DNA of 64,000 nt from a virus. A model generated the notes under the pieces. That model saw nothing but the letters and a program-made list of their open reading frames with translations. It did not search any database and had not been told where the DNA came from. The DNA lies in IMG/VR virus record IMGVR_UViG_3300030202_003282, positions 1-64,000 of that record. One strand, 5' to 3'. Positions 1 to 9,600 of the stretch are shown piece after piece. Made by a program: the position numbers and the translations under genes. How positions within the stretch are numbered: the first letter of the stretch is position 1; each line of letters begins with the position of its first letter.

Positions 1-2
1 AC

Positions 3-320
3 TTACACACTAATGATATTGAGAATCCATTAATTGATGGAAGACCATTAAGCTCATTTAGCTTTATCATTTTTGATGTTACAGATGAAGGAAATGACAA
101 CATTTTCTTATTAAAACTTAACTGGGATAATCAACTTAAATGGTTCTACCAAAATGGTACTATGGACTATATGGGAAGAACGCAAGGTTTTGCATCAACT
201 GGACAGTTTAATGGATATAGAGTTTATATGACTCAAACCATGCCAGCTGTATGGGTGAAGGATCCAACTAAAGTGTTAAAAATTGTAATGAGAAATCCAG
301 TTACTGGAGGATCATTCTAA
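3..320 (+). CDS. Major capsid protein, C-terminal fragment (runs off the window start)
   Basis: Manual translation of frame 3: LHTNDIENPLIDGRPLSSFSFIIFDVTD...GYRVYMTQTMPAVWVKDPTKVLKIVMRNPVTGGSF*. The terminal WVKDPTK motif resembles crAss-like MCP C-termini. It is followed by a strong terminator and the usual post-capsid gene block. Confidence 0.75.
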   Translation, partial: LHTNDIENPLIDGRPLSSFSFIIFDVTDEGNDNIFLLKLNWDNQLKWFYQNGTMDYMGRTQGFASTGQFNGYRVYMTQTMPAVWVKDPTKVLKIVMRNPVTGGSF

Positions 321-329
321 ATAATTAAC

Positions 330-358
330 GGGAGGGGATTATTCTCCTCCCATTTTTT
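330..358 (+). terminator. Intrinsic terminator after the capsid gene
   Basis: GGGAGGGGA-ttat-TCTCCTCCC stem (one G:U) followed by ATTTTTT. Confidence 0.85.
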
Positions 359-378
359 AACCCTTTAAATAAAATAAA

Positions 379-1164
379 ATGGCAGAATCATGTAAAAAAA
401 GTCCAAGTAACTCAATTAAGGGTGGTGGACGTGGAAGAATAAAAAGAGGTGCTGGTGCAGCATTATCCAGAATACAGTTTACCAATGAAACAAGATTGGG
501 TGTTTGGGATTTAATTGTAGCATCAAGTTCTCAAGACGCATATAATAAAGGTGTTAGACCAGGTCAAGCTTGGCAGCTAGGAGTTGATATAGCATCAATT
601 TGTGAAGATCAATCAGGAGTATATTGCGATTTACAACCAATACCAGGAAATGTTAGTGTAATGGCTGATATTGAAGGTGATATTTATGCAGGAATGGCTT
701 TATCTCAAATTCTTGATGCTGAAGTAAAAGCATTAGGTGAAAAAATAAAAGCAATTATGGCACAAATAGAGGCTTGTGAAAAAGCAGAATGTTCTAAAGA
801 AGAAGTTGATGCTTTGAATAAAGAAAAAACAGAACTAGAAGAAGAACTGGATGTAGTTAAAGACAGAGCCGGTAATGTAAGTGATGTAGTTACACAAAAG
901 CAAAATTGTTGGGATGGAGTTTTATCCTTATACACGGCAGAAGCTCCTGGATTTCCAGGAGAACCTAAACGTGCTGGAACAATAAAACTTTTTCAACCAG
1001 CAGAAGAGGTGGAAAGTAAAGCTGCAGAGTCAGCAAAAGCTGCTCAAAGAATTGCAAAGAAAAAAGCAATGGGTGAAGATAAAGGTGAATTACCAATTTT
1101 TGGTGAACCAAGTGGACCAGGAGAAGCATTTGCAGAAGAAGAGGTGGTTAAAAAACCGTCTTAA
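379..1164 (+). CDS. Hypothetical protein (261 aa) with basic Gly-rich N-terminus and central coiled coil
   Basis: ORF track, A-rich leader, heptad-like region around ACEKAEC, acidic C-terminus. No family recognised. Confidence 0.75.
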   Translation: MAESCKKSPSNSIKGGGRGRIKRGAGAALSRIQFTNETRLGVWDLIVASSSQDAYNKGVRPGQAWQLGVDIASICEDQSGVYCDLQPIPGNVSVMADIEGDIYAGMALSQILDAEVKALGEKIKAIMAQIEACEKAECSKEEVDALNKEKTELEEELDVVKDRAGNVSDVVTQKQNCWDGVLSLYTAEAPGFPGEPKRAGTIKLFQPAEEVESKAAESAKAAQRIAKKKAMGEDKGELPIFGEPSGPGEAFAEEEVVKKPS

Positions 1165-1185
1165 TTTTTGAATCTTAAACACTTT

Positions 1186-1207
1186 AGCTGGGGTAAAACC
1201 CAGCTTT
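1186..1207 (+). terminator. Hairpin, possible terminator or processing site
   Basis: AGCTGGG-gtaaaa-CCCAGCT perfect 7-bp stem with only a short T run. Confidence 0.5.
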
Positions 1208-1262
1208 AGAAATATTTTACAAATAAATTGCATAAATTTGCAAGTATTAAGTTTCACTAATA

Positions 1263-1274
1263 AAAACCAATAAA
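1263..1274 (+). promoter_or_regulatory. AAAACCAATAAA leader element, copy 1
   Basis: Ends 2 nt before ATG 1277. Identical 12-mer at 5228-5239. Complementary to the loop at 10744-10755. Confidence 0.5.
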
Positions 1275-1276
1275 TT

Positions 1277-2290
1277 ATGAGTTATACAATTGTAGAAAAA
1301 TATAATAGCAGTAAAAAGAAAACCGTTGCTATTAGACCCTATTTTAATAAAAATAGAAATAATATGGGATTAGAAAATTATGGTATGTCTTTACATGAAG
1401 GTGTATACCATGAAGAATCTCTAGCATGTCTGGAAATAAATGGAATAAAAAGATATGTAACAGGATTAAATGAATTTGCTCCTGATGTTAAATTGTTACC
1501 TCCTGGTGAACAAGAAATAAAAGTAAAAGAAATTAGAAAAGCTGTTTGTCAACTTGAAAAAGAATTAGCAGCTAACGTTATTGATCCAGAAGATAAAGAT
1601 TTTTGGAATAAAGTAGAATTACTTAAACCAAATAATGATAAATTTTGGAGTAAAATTAGTTTAAGATGTGGAAATGATCCAGTTTATTTAGATCCAAGTA
1701 CAGATCCTTATGATCTTGTAAAATTATATGCAATTCATGCAGGAGGATTTTCAATGGTTGCTAAATCATTACAAGCAGCAAAAGATAAAAGTGTTCCTCC
1801 TAAATTTTATTTAGATCAATTAGAAGAAACTATTTCAACAAGAACTGAATATAGTAAATTAAGAAACAAAGCCCTTGTAGAATTACAAAATCTATATGAT
1901 ACAAATACAACAAAATTATTATATGTTGCTAAAATTGTAGATACAGACAGCACACAATATATTAAGTCTACACCAAATGACATTCTATATGAGAATATGG
2001 ATCTTTTTATTAATGGAGATGGATCTGAGGGAAATAAAAAAAGAGCAGCTAAATCTTTCTTAGAAGTTTCTAAAGATACTATGGAAAATATTAAAATAAG
2101 AGCTTTAGTAAAAGATGCTTTATTTTATAGATATATTACTACTAAATCAAATGGTTGGATTGAAACAACTGATGGTAGTATAAAATTAGGAAAAAAGCCA
2201 ACAGAAGTTTTAGAATTTTTAAAAAATCCTGAAAATGAAGAAACCTTAATGACTTTAATGTCAAAAGTAGAACAATACTGGAAAGCTTAA
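1277..2290 (+). CDS. Conserved crAss-like protein of the capsid gene block (337 aa)
   Basis: ORF track. Position just downstream of MCP and C-terminal IKLGKKPTEVLEFLKNPEN segment resemble the conserved post-MCP gene of Crassvirales. Confidence 0.65.
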   Translation: MSYTIVEKYNSSKKKTVAIRPYFNKNRNNMGLENYGMSLHEGVYHEESLACLEINGIKRYVTGLNEFAPDVKLLPPGEQEIKVKEIRKAVCQLEKELAANVIDPEDKDFWNKVELLKPNNDKFWSKISLRCGNDPVYLDPSTDPYDLVKLYAIHAGGFSMVAKSLQAAKDKSVPPKFYLDQLEETISTRTEYSKLRNKALVELQNLYDTNTTKLLYVAKIVDTDSTQYIKSTPNDILYENMDLFINGDGSEGNKKRAAKSFLEVSKDTMENIKIRALVKDALFYRYITTKSNGWIETTDGSIKLGKKPTEVLEFLKNPENEETLMTLMSKVEQYWKA

Positions 2291-2293
2291 GAT

Positions 2294-2995
2294 ATGACTA
2301 ATGATGCACTACAAATAAAATTAAAGCAACGTCTAAATAAATTAGATAGTCAAGATTATGATAATATTGAATGTTGGCAAATAGTTGAAGCATTTAATAA
2401 AACTCAGCTTGAGTGGTGCAGAAGACAACTTCATGGTGGAAATCCATATAAAGAAGGAGATGAAATGTCAAAAAGAAGAATTGATGATTTACAAATTCTT
2501 CTTAATGAATTATCATTAACTGGAGTTGTTGAAGATAAATATTTTGAAGCAACAAATTTTCCTGCTAATTATTTAGAATATAAAAGAATAAGTACAGGAG
2601 CTGTTACAGATTGTTGTACTGATCCAAGATCAATGACTGTTTATTTAGCTGAAGAAGCAAATGTTAATTTGATTTTAAGAGATCCTTTAAAAAACCCAAG
2701 TTTTGATTGGGGAGAAACCTTTTGTACTCTTATAGATAATAATATAAGAATATATAAAACAGATTTTGATATAGCTAATCCTATTTTAACATATTATAGA
2801 AAACCTGTTTATATACAAATTTTAGGATGTGTAGATCCTTATACCGGACAACAAAGTCTCTTTGATATTGAATGTGAATTTAAAGATGACATTGTTGAAT
2901 TAATGTTAGATGAATGTGCTTCACTTATTGCTGGTGATATTAATGAAGTTAATCAATATTACCGTGGTACACAAAGTGCAGATAGATCTAACTAA
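2294..2995 (+). CDS. Putative neck/ring structural protein (233 aa)
   Basis: MTNDALQIKLKQRLNKLDSQ...AFNKTQ N-terminus, LTYYRKP and CEF..DIVEL motifs typical of crAss-like ring (head-tail connector) proteins. Confidence 0.6.
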   Translation: MTNDALQIKLKQRLNKLDSQDYDNIECWQIVEAFNKTQLEWCRRQLHGGNPYKEGDEMSKRRIDDLQILLNELSLTGVVEDKYFEATNFPANYLEYKRISTGAVTDCCTDPRSMTVYLAEEANVNLILRDPLKNPSFDWGETFCTLIDNNIRIYKTDFDIANPILTYYRKPVYIQILGCVDPYTGQQSLFDIECEFKDDIVELMLDECASLIAGDINEVNQYYRGTQSADRSN

Positions 2996-3016
2996 TATTA
3001 ATTTAAAATAACAAAA

Positions 3017-3181
3017 ATGGAAAAAGAACAATTAAATGGTTTAATTAGACATGCCTTAACTGTTGTTGGTGGTGCACTAGTAGCAAAAGGTATTTTAGAA
3101 GAAGAAATTATGTTAGATTGCATAGGCGCAGCAATGTCAGTTATTGGTATTGTTTGGTCTTTTGTAGCAAAGAAAAAATAA
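3017..3181 (+). CDS. Small two-helix membrane protein, putative holin (54 aa; absent from the ORF track)
   Basis: MEKEQLNGLIRHALTVVGGALVAKGILEEEIMLDCIGAAMSVIGIVWSFVAKKK*: two hydrophobic helices, GLIRHALT motif, basic C-terminus. Confidence 0.7.
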   Translation: MEKEQLNGLIRHALTVVGGALVAKGILEEEIMLDCIGAAMSVIGIVWSFVAKKK

Positions 3182-3209
3182 TATAATATTATTCTTTTAT
3201 TTACAAAAA

Positions 3210-3223
3210 TTTTTGTATATTAT
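3210..3223 (+). promoter_or_regulatory. TTTTGTATATT promoter-like motif
   Basis: TTTTTGTATATTAT, about 60 nt upstream of ATG 3283; recurs in other intergenic gaps. Confidence 0.55.
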
Positions 3224-3282
3224 TACTGTAACAATATGTTACACAAACTTTTATTTATTTATAACAATTAAAAACAAAAAAA

Positions 3283-4536
3283 ATGGCTTATTTTAATCAT
3301 GCTTTTAAAAAAGCATTTCTAGCAAAAAAAGTGGCTTCAGATGGTTTGCTTAGTGCAGACGTACCTGCAGGTCAAATTGCTTTTGCTAAGCAATTACCGG
3401 CTGGTTTAACTACCTCCGGAATTAGTAGTTCAATGATGACTATAGTACAAGGATCTTATGCTCCTGCTGACAAGATTGGAAACAATCCTGGTCACGGTGG
3501 ATATAAAGAATCTGTAAAATCTAAAGGTATTAATCCAAAATATATCAGCAGATTGTGGAAATCAGAATGTTGTGATGCAGCTCCTTCTACAATTGTAGTT
3601 GATGCATGCGGTGCATGCTTTAAATGTGACGAAACATATTTTGGAAGAATGGATGTTAAAGGTTCACCTGCATTAAGATTTTTAAATCACAATGCTTATG
3701 GAGATACTGACAGTGGAGGAGTTTGCTGTGATGCTTCTAATTCAACAACAGTAGCTCTAGTTGATTACGTTGATCCTAGTTTAGTATTAGCTAAATTAGC
3801 TTTAGGATTAGTAGAAAATCCAGTTTTAGCTCCATTTATTTCTGTAGTAGTTGAATACTCTATTGATGGTGGTACTACTTATGTAGCAATTCCAAATGAA
3901 GATTTAGCTACATATGCTGGTCAAACTTTTGGATCAAATGTAGATGATAACTGTGGTAGAATTACTATTACCGGTGCATATGTAGATACTAAATTTGGTA
4001 ACTGTTCATTTGATACTAGAGATCATTACAATGTTGAACCAGTTCAATTATACTTTGATCTTAAAGATGAAAGTGGAAATCCTTGTGATGTTAAATGTGC
4101 AAGTATTACAAGAACAAACGGAACAACTCAACAAACTCATGGTGATACTGTATTAAGAGATATCTTAATGACAGAATCTTACAGACAATCTCCTTACAAC
4201 CAAGGAAATAAAGACTCTGCAAGAATCCGTGAAATTGAAGGGTCTTCTGCAATAGTAGATGCAGTTCCTAGGTTTGATGCTAATGGAGATGCAATTCTTT
4301 ATACATCATATAATATCTTACATTCTATTCCAAGGTTAAACAACCCTACTGGAGTATTTGATAATGATCAATATCACTTAGTAATTTACGTTGCATGTGA
4401 TGATACTGCACTTCAAACACAATTAGATGAAATGTTTGATGAGTTATCAAATACTATTACACTAGGAGAATTTCCAGTAAAGTTTGAAAAAGGAATTGAT
4501 GCTTGTGCAACCTCTTACACACCAGGTCCAGCATAA
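3283..4536 (+). CDS. Conserved virion structural protein (417 aa), possibly auxiliary capsid protein
   Basis: MAYFNHAF N-terminus, beta-rich composition, own promoter-like motif and terminator, position in the conserved capsid block. Confidence 0.6.
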   Translation: MAYFNHAFKKAFLAKKVASDGLLSADVPAGQIAFAKQLPAGLTTSGISSSMMTIVQGSYAPADKIGNNPGHGGYKESVKSKGINPKYISRLWKSECCDAAPSTIVVDACGACFKCDETYFGRMDVKGSPALRFLNHNAYGDTDSGGVCCDASNSTTVALVDYVDPSLVLAKLALGLVENPVLAPFISVVVEYSIDGGTTYVAIPNEDLATYAGQTFGSNVDDNCGRITITGAYVDTKFGNCSFDTRDHYNVEPVQLYFDLKDESGNPCDVKCASITRTNGTTQQTHGDTVLRDILMTESYRQSPYNQGNKDSARIREIEGSSAIVDAVPRFDANGDAILYTSYNILHSIPRLNNPTGVFDNDQYHLVIYVACDDTALQTQLDEMFDELSNTITLGEFPVKFEKGIDACATSYTPGPA

Positions 4537-4565
4537 GTAATTGAATACAATTAACTTTAAATAAT

Positions 4566-4600
4566 AAAGGGTGGGATTTTTTTCCTGCCCTTTTTATTTT
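4566..4600 (+). terminator. Intrinsic terminator
   Basis: AAAGGGTGGGA-tttttt-TCCTGCCCTTT followed by TTATTTT. Confidence 0.85.
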
Positions 4601-4613
4601 CTATTCTTCAGTA

Positions 4614-4628
4614 TTTTTTGTATATTAT
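4614..4628 (+). promoter_or_regulatory. TTTTGTATATT promoter-like motif
   Basis: TTTTTTGTATATTAT directly after a terminator and upstream of ATG 4667. Confidence 0.55.
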
Positions 4629-4666
4629 TTATGTAATATATTATTACCTACAAAAAATTTTATAAA

Positions 4667-5221
4667 ATGGCAAATAAACATATTTTAAGCTTGGAGGTTC
4701 AACCAGTTGCCAATTGTGAAATATTAAGTATAAAAGATACTTCACAATATACAGATGATTTGGCCATTGATTGTCCTGAATTATTAATTACTACTCCCGG
4801 TTTTAATTCTCCAACATTAATAAAAGTTCAACCATATTTTGATTTAAATTTAAGTTCTTGTGCATTAGCATTACAAACAGAACAATGTGGAACAACAAGA
4901 ACACATATCCCTGATGGTGTATATATAATTAGATATAGTGTTTCACCAAATGATAAAGCATATGTAGAATACAATCATTTAAGAGTAACAACTCTTTTAT
5001 CTTCTTATTATTCAAAATTATGTGAAATAGATGCATTACAATGTGAACCAGACAGAAGCAAAAGAGAAATTGTTTTAGAAATGAACTACATAAAAACTCT
5101 TATTGATGCTGCAGTAGCAAAAGTTGAATATTGTCAAAGCCCAGATGCTGGAATGGATATTTATAATTTTGCAAAAAAGAAATTAGAAAAAATAACATGT
5201 TCTACAGCATCATGTTGTTAA
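4667..5221 (+). CDS. Cys-rich structural protein (184 aa), possible tail hub/collar component
   Basis: ORF track. IPDGVYIIRYSVSP motif and C-terminal helical Cys region resemble crAss-like hub proteins. Confidence 0.55.
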   Translation: MANKHILSLEVQPVANCEILSIKDTSQYTDDLAIDCPELLITTPGFNSPTLIKVQPYFDLNLSSCALALQTEQCGTTRTHIPDGVYIIRYSVSPNDKAYVEYNHLRVTTLLSSYYSKLCEIDALQCEPDRSKREIVLEMNYIKTLIDAAVAKVEYCQSPDAGMDIYNFAKKKLEKITCSTASCC

Positions 5222-5227
5222 ATTTTT

Positions 5228-5239
5228 AAAACCAATAAA
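5228..5239 (+). promoter_or_regulatory. AAAACCAATAAA leader element, copy 2
   Basis: Directly abuts ATG 5240; identical to 1263-1274. Confidence 0.5.
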
Positions 5240-5455
5240 ATGAAAAGCGGTACTAGTTGTGCAAGTTGTGGAAAAAAGTTTACATGCAATTGTCAAAAAG
5301 CAGTAGCTACAAATGGAAAAACAGTATGTAAAAGTTGCAAAAATAAGTATAACAGTAAAAAAATTATGGTGCAAAAAGGTAGTAATGGAAGAAACAGAAC
5401 ACGTAATTTACAAAACACTATTAATAAAGCACAAAGAAATCTAAACAGATCTTAG
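5240..5455 (+). CDS. Small basic Cys-motif protein (71 aa), possible Zn-binding
   Basis: CASC...CNC...CKSC pattern followed by a K/R/N-rich tail. Confidence 0.65.
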   Translation: MKSGTSCASCGKKFTCNCQKAVATNGKTVCKSCKNKYNSKKIMVQKGSNGRNRTRNLQNTINKAQRNLNRS

Positions 5456-5465
5456 ATAAAAAGTA

Positions 5466-6572
5466 ATGGAAGAAGAAAAATTAATTAAGCAAATTAAAAC
5501 TGAACAAAAGTTTGCAGATGTTGCTCATAAAAGCTTTAGAGAAAGTAAATATGGAATAACATCTTGTTGCCCATTTGATTTAGATAACATTGCAATTAAA
5601 AAATATTTATGCAATTGGCAACTATTAAAAAATAATGTACCAGCTGCAATTATTTCTTTATCCAGTGAGATTTTTGAACCGTCTGGACCCATTGATCCAT
5701 GTACAGATACTAACGCCCCATATTGGTGTGTAGAATGTGGATATGTTGAACCACCAAATGCTGAAAAATTATTAAATGAACTTAAAGAATTACAAAATAA
5801 ACTTATTGATCTTGAATCAGAAATCTCTGTTTTAACTTTAAATTTAGAAGAAAAAAATAAAGAATTAGAAGTATTTATTCAATTACAAAATGAATTGCAA
5901 GCTCAACAAGATGCTTTGCAAACTGAATTAAATGTTTTACAACAATCTCAAGCTATATTAGTTGAACAATATAATAATTTAAATTGTGAAGAGGATCCTA
6001 AAAACCCAGCATGTCAAGCATTAATGGTACAAATAAAAGATTTAGATGCACAAATACAAGCTTTAACTGATCAATTAAAAGATATACAGTCAGAAATTAA
6101 AAAGATAAATGAATCTATTAACAATCTTCAATTAGATATTCAAGAAATAATAAATAATTTAGCAGAATTAAATGCAACACTAAGTACTGTACTATTACAA
6201 ATTCAACTTATAGAGGAACAATTTTGTGATGATTCAGAATGCATTATAATAGAAGTTTTAGATACTAATGGAAATCCTGTAAGTAATTATCCTTTAGTAA
6301 TTAATGGGGGAAATGTAGGTGTAACAGATATTGATGGAATGTTGGTTTATTCAATACCTAATGCATCAATAGAAACTAATCATACATTACAAATATGTTA
6401 TTGTTTTACAACTGAAGGAAATTGTAGACAACAACATATAACAATAACAGTTCAAGCAGATGACTGTGCTCCAACATGCACTAAACCAACACCTGTATGT
6501 ACAGATGTAATAATATCTGAAACAATTATAGGAATAATGAAAGCTCCAACAGGTAAACCTCCAAGAGCATAA
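5466..6572 (+). CDS. Structural protein with long coiled coil and C-terminal beta-sandwich (368 aa)
   Basis: N-terminal KYGITSCC, about 150 aa of heptad repeats, then IEVLDTNGNPV...GVTDIDG (prealbumin/carboxypeptidase-regulatory-like fold motif). Confidence 0.65.
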   Translation: MEEEKLIKQIKTEQKFADVAHKSFRESKYGITSCCPFDLDNIAIKKYLCNWQLLKNNVPAAIISLSSEIFEPSGPIDPCTDTNAPYWCVECGYVEPPNAEKLLNELKELQNKLIDLESEISVLTLNLEEKNKELEVFIQLQNELQAQQDALQTELNVLQQSQAILVEQYNNLNCEEDPKNPACQALMVQIKDLDAQIQALTDQLKDIQSEIKKINESINNLQLDIQEIINNLAELNATLSTVLLQIQLIEEQFCDDSECIIIEVLDTNGNPVSNYPLVINGGNVGVTDIDGMLVYSIPNASIETNHTLQICYCFTTEGNCRQQHITITVQADDCAPTCTKPTPVCTDVIISETIIGIMKAPTGKPPRA

Positions 6573-6622
6573 AAAATGAAAAGATTAATACTACATATAG
6601 TAACTTGCTTGTTTGATAAAAC

Positions 6623-6635
6623 TTTTGTATATTAT
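6623..6635 (+). promoter_or_regulatory. TTTTGTATATT promoter-like motif
   Basis: TTTTGTATATTAT upstream of ATG 6679. Confidence 0.55.
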
Positions 6636-6678
6636 AATAGTGGTATGATAGAAAAAATAACTACAAAAAATTAAATAT

Positions 6679-9600
6679 ATGTTACCAGTTTCCGGAAATA
6701 ATAAACCTTGTTCACCAATTTCATCAAATTGTGTGGTTTGGCAAGGACCAGATTTACCTTGTATAGATTTATGTAATGGAGATACCATCAGTGATGTAAT
6801 AGCTAAATTAGCTGAAAAATTATGTGACCTTATTGATAGTAGTTGTTTATGTGAACCAGACATGTCCGATATTAAACTGGAATGTTTAGTAAATGTAAAT
6901 CCAAATGCAGAAACTGTACAAGAGATTATACAAGCTATTATAGATTATTTATGTACGTTAGGGCCCGGAGATGATAGCAAAATAACAGTACAATTACCCG
7001 CATGTTTACAATATACTGATGAAGCTGGAAATCCAGTAACTGTTCTTCCAATAGACCAATATGCTTTTTTACTTGCAAATAGAATATGTGATATCTTAAC
7101 TTCTATTGCAATTATTAATGAGCAACTTGCTGATCATGAAAATAGAATTGTTATACTAGAAAATTGTGTTTTGCCATGTGATGGTAGTGGTGGATCATCT
7201 TCTCAAATAATGTCTGTATGTATTAATGCTGGTAACTTAATTGATGCAGATGTTTTATTAGCAGGATTAGAGTCAGCATTTTGTTCTATAGTTGCTGCAC
7301 TAGGTGATGTTAATTTAATAGAAAATGCATATAATGCTCAATGTATATTTGCTAATACAGATCTTTTATCTGGTCAAGGTACATATGGTGGATTAACAGG
7401 ATGGCAAGCAAATAGTACATTAGCACAAACTACTCAAAACCAATGGTTAGTAATTTGTGATCTTTATAATGCAATAGAAAATATTCAAAATAATTGTTGT
7501 GATTCAAATTGTGATAGTATAATTTATGGATTTGTACCAAGTTCTACTGGTGGTGGCGGTGGAGCAAATTCAATACTTGTTAATTTTACTAGTACAACAA
7601 TTCCAGCAGGATGGACAGATTGTGGATCAACTGTAACAATTACAGATTCTAATGGTCAAAGCATTAGTCAAGGATTTAATGCATTAGTAGAACAAAATAA
7701 TAATGCTGGTTTATCAATTACTATATCATCATTAAATGTTGCAACAGCAGTGCAAGTAACTGTTGATTTTTGCTTAACAGATGGAACAGATACATGTCAA
7801 AATAGTTCTTCACAAACTGTAGCATTAGGATATGCTTGTCCACCTGTAACAATAGTTCCAGCCGGTGCAGGAACTAGTGCAGTTGCTACATGGAATAATC
7901 AAATAGGTGCAACAGCAAGTTATAATTTAACGGTAGAAACAACTACGGGAACACAAATTTGGACTTCAGGTCAACTAACCAGTCAACCACCAAATGTTTC
8001 AATTACAATTCCAAATTTAACACCCGCAACAAATTATGTAGCTGTATTAACATTAACAGTTAATGGTGTTGGTCAAACATGCCCTGGAGTAACATTTACA
8101 ACTGCAGGAAATGCTTGTACAGTTGTTCAAACAGATACTGTAGCAACAGGAGCATTTGGAGTAGGATATGTATATTTAGGAAGAGTATGTTTTGGAGATG
8201 CTTTTGATACTTATTATTATGATTCAGGATCAAATCAAATTATTAAAGAAAGTATTGCAGGACCATGTCCAGGAGGCTTTCCAAATGATATACAATTACC
8301 AATTAATGGTGCATCTGCTGCAGTTATTTATTCACCAGGTACATTAATGGCTGGAGCTCAGGATAAATTTATATATCCTGATCTAGATTGTGAAGGTACA
8401 ATATATACTTTTCCTGCAGTTGGAGTTCAAGGCTGTTGGATATATATAGGACAACAAGTTATAGGAACCACTACATATTATGCGTATACATATTGGGATA
8501 TTGCTGGTGGTAATGCACATAACGGCCCAGGAGCTATAGTATATTGTTGTGAATGTCCATTATCATTATTAGGTCCACAAACTTTAAGATCAGTAAACGG
8601 AGCAGCAACTAATTTTACATTACCATTTATTTCAGGAGCTGTTAATCCTACATTTACAATCACTGTACCACCTACGCATGGAACATTAACACAACCAAAT
8701 GGCGTTAATGTACCAGATTTTATATATACACCAAATACTCCAAACTATAATGGTGTAGATACATTTACAATTGAATTAACAGATAGCTCTGGATTCTGTG
8801 TAGGAAATGATATATTACAATATGGTATTTATTTATTGGGTGGAACATCTGCAGGTAATAAAAGATTAGATACAAGTGTATATTCATTTATTGATACAAA
8901 CACAAAATCTCTAGCAGAAGCAACAAGTATTAAAGCAGGTTTAGAAACATGGTATGCAGAATATCAAGCATCATGTCCAAATAATACAGGTAATTTATAT
9001 ATTATTCCTGTAACTGATTCAAATTGGGTAAGTGCATATACAAAAGCTGTATGGGATGTTAATGCATCAGGAATTTTAGCAGCAGGTCCAGAATGGAATG
9101 AAATAAAAGTTTTACCTGATTCATGGACAGGTGCAGGTCCTGCAACCCCTCCAGATTCAGCATGGATTATAGCATTTTCAGATACACAGGCTGCAATACC
9201 ATTTCATCCAAATACATTAATAGAAGGATGGGGCTTTTTAAATACACTGCAACCTACACCTGAATATAAGACAGCATATGTAGAAGCATATGATCTTAAA
9301 AATAATACAGAAAATTCTGCTTGGGCAACAGCTCAAAATTTATCTGGAACACCAGCGTTTCCTGATGGTTATAATCTTACTTATTATCCAACAACTGTAG
9401 GAACAACAGGAAGTGATGCAGCTGCTTTATTAATGGCATTAGGTGCTTTAGAAGCAAGAATGATACCTCCAACTCAATGGGGATGGAATACAGCTGTTGA
9501 TTTAACTCCTTGGTTAATGCAAGGTATAGGAATATTAAACCCATATGAAGGTGCTGAAACAGGTGTGGTAGGTTTACAAATTGACCGTTTATTAGATTTA

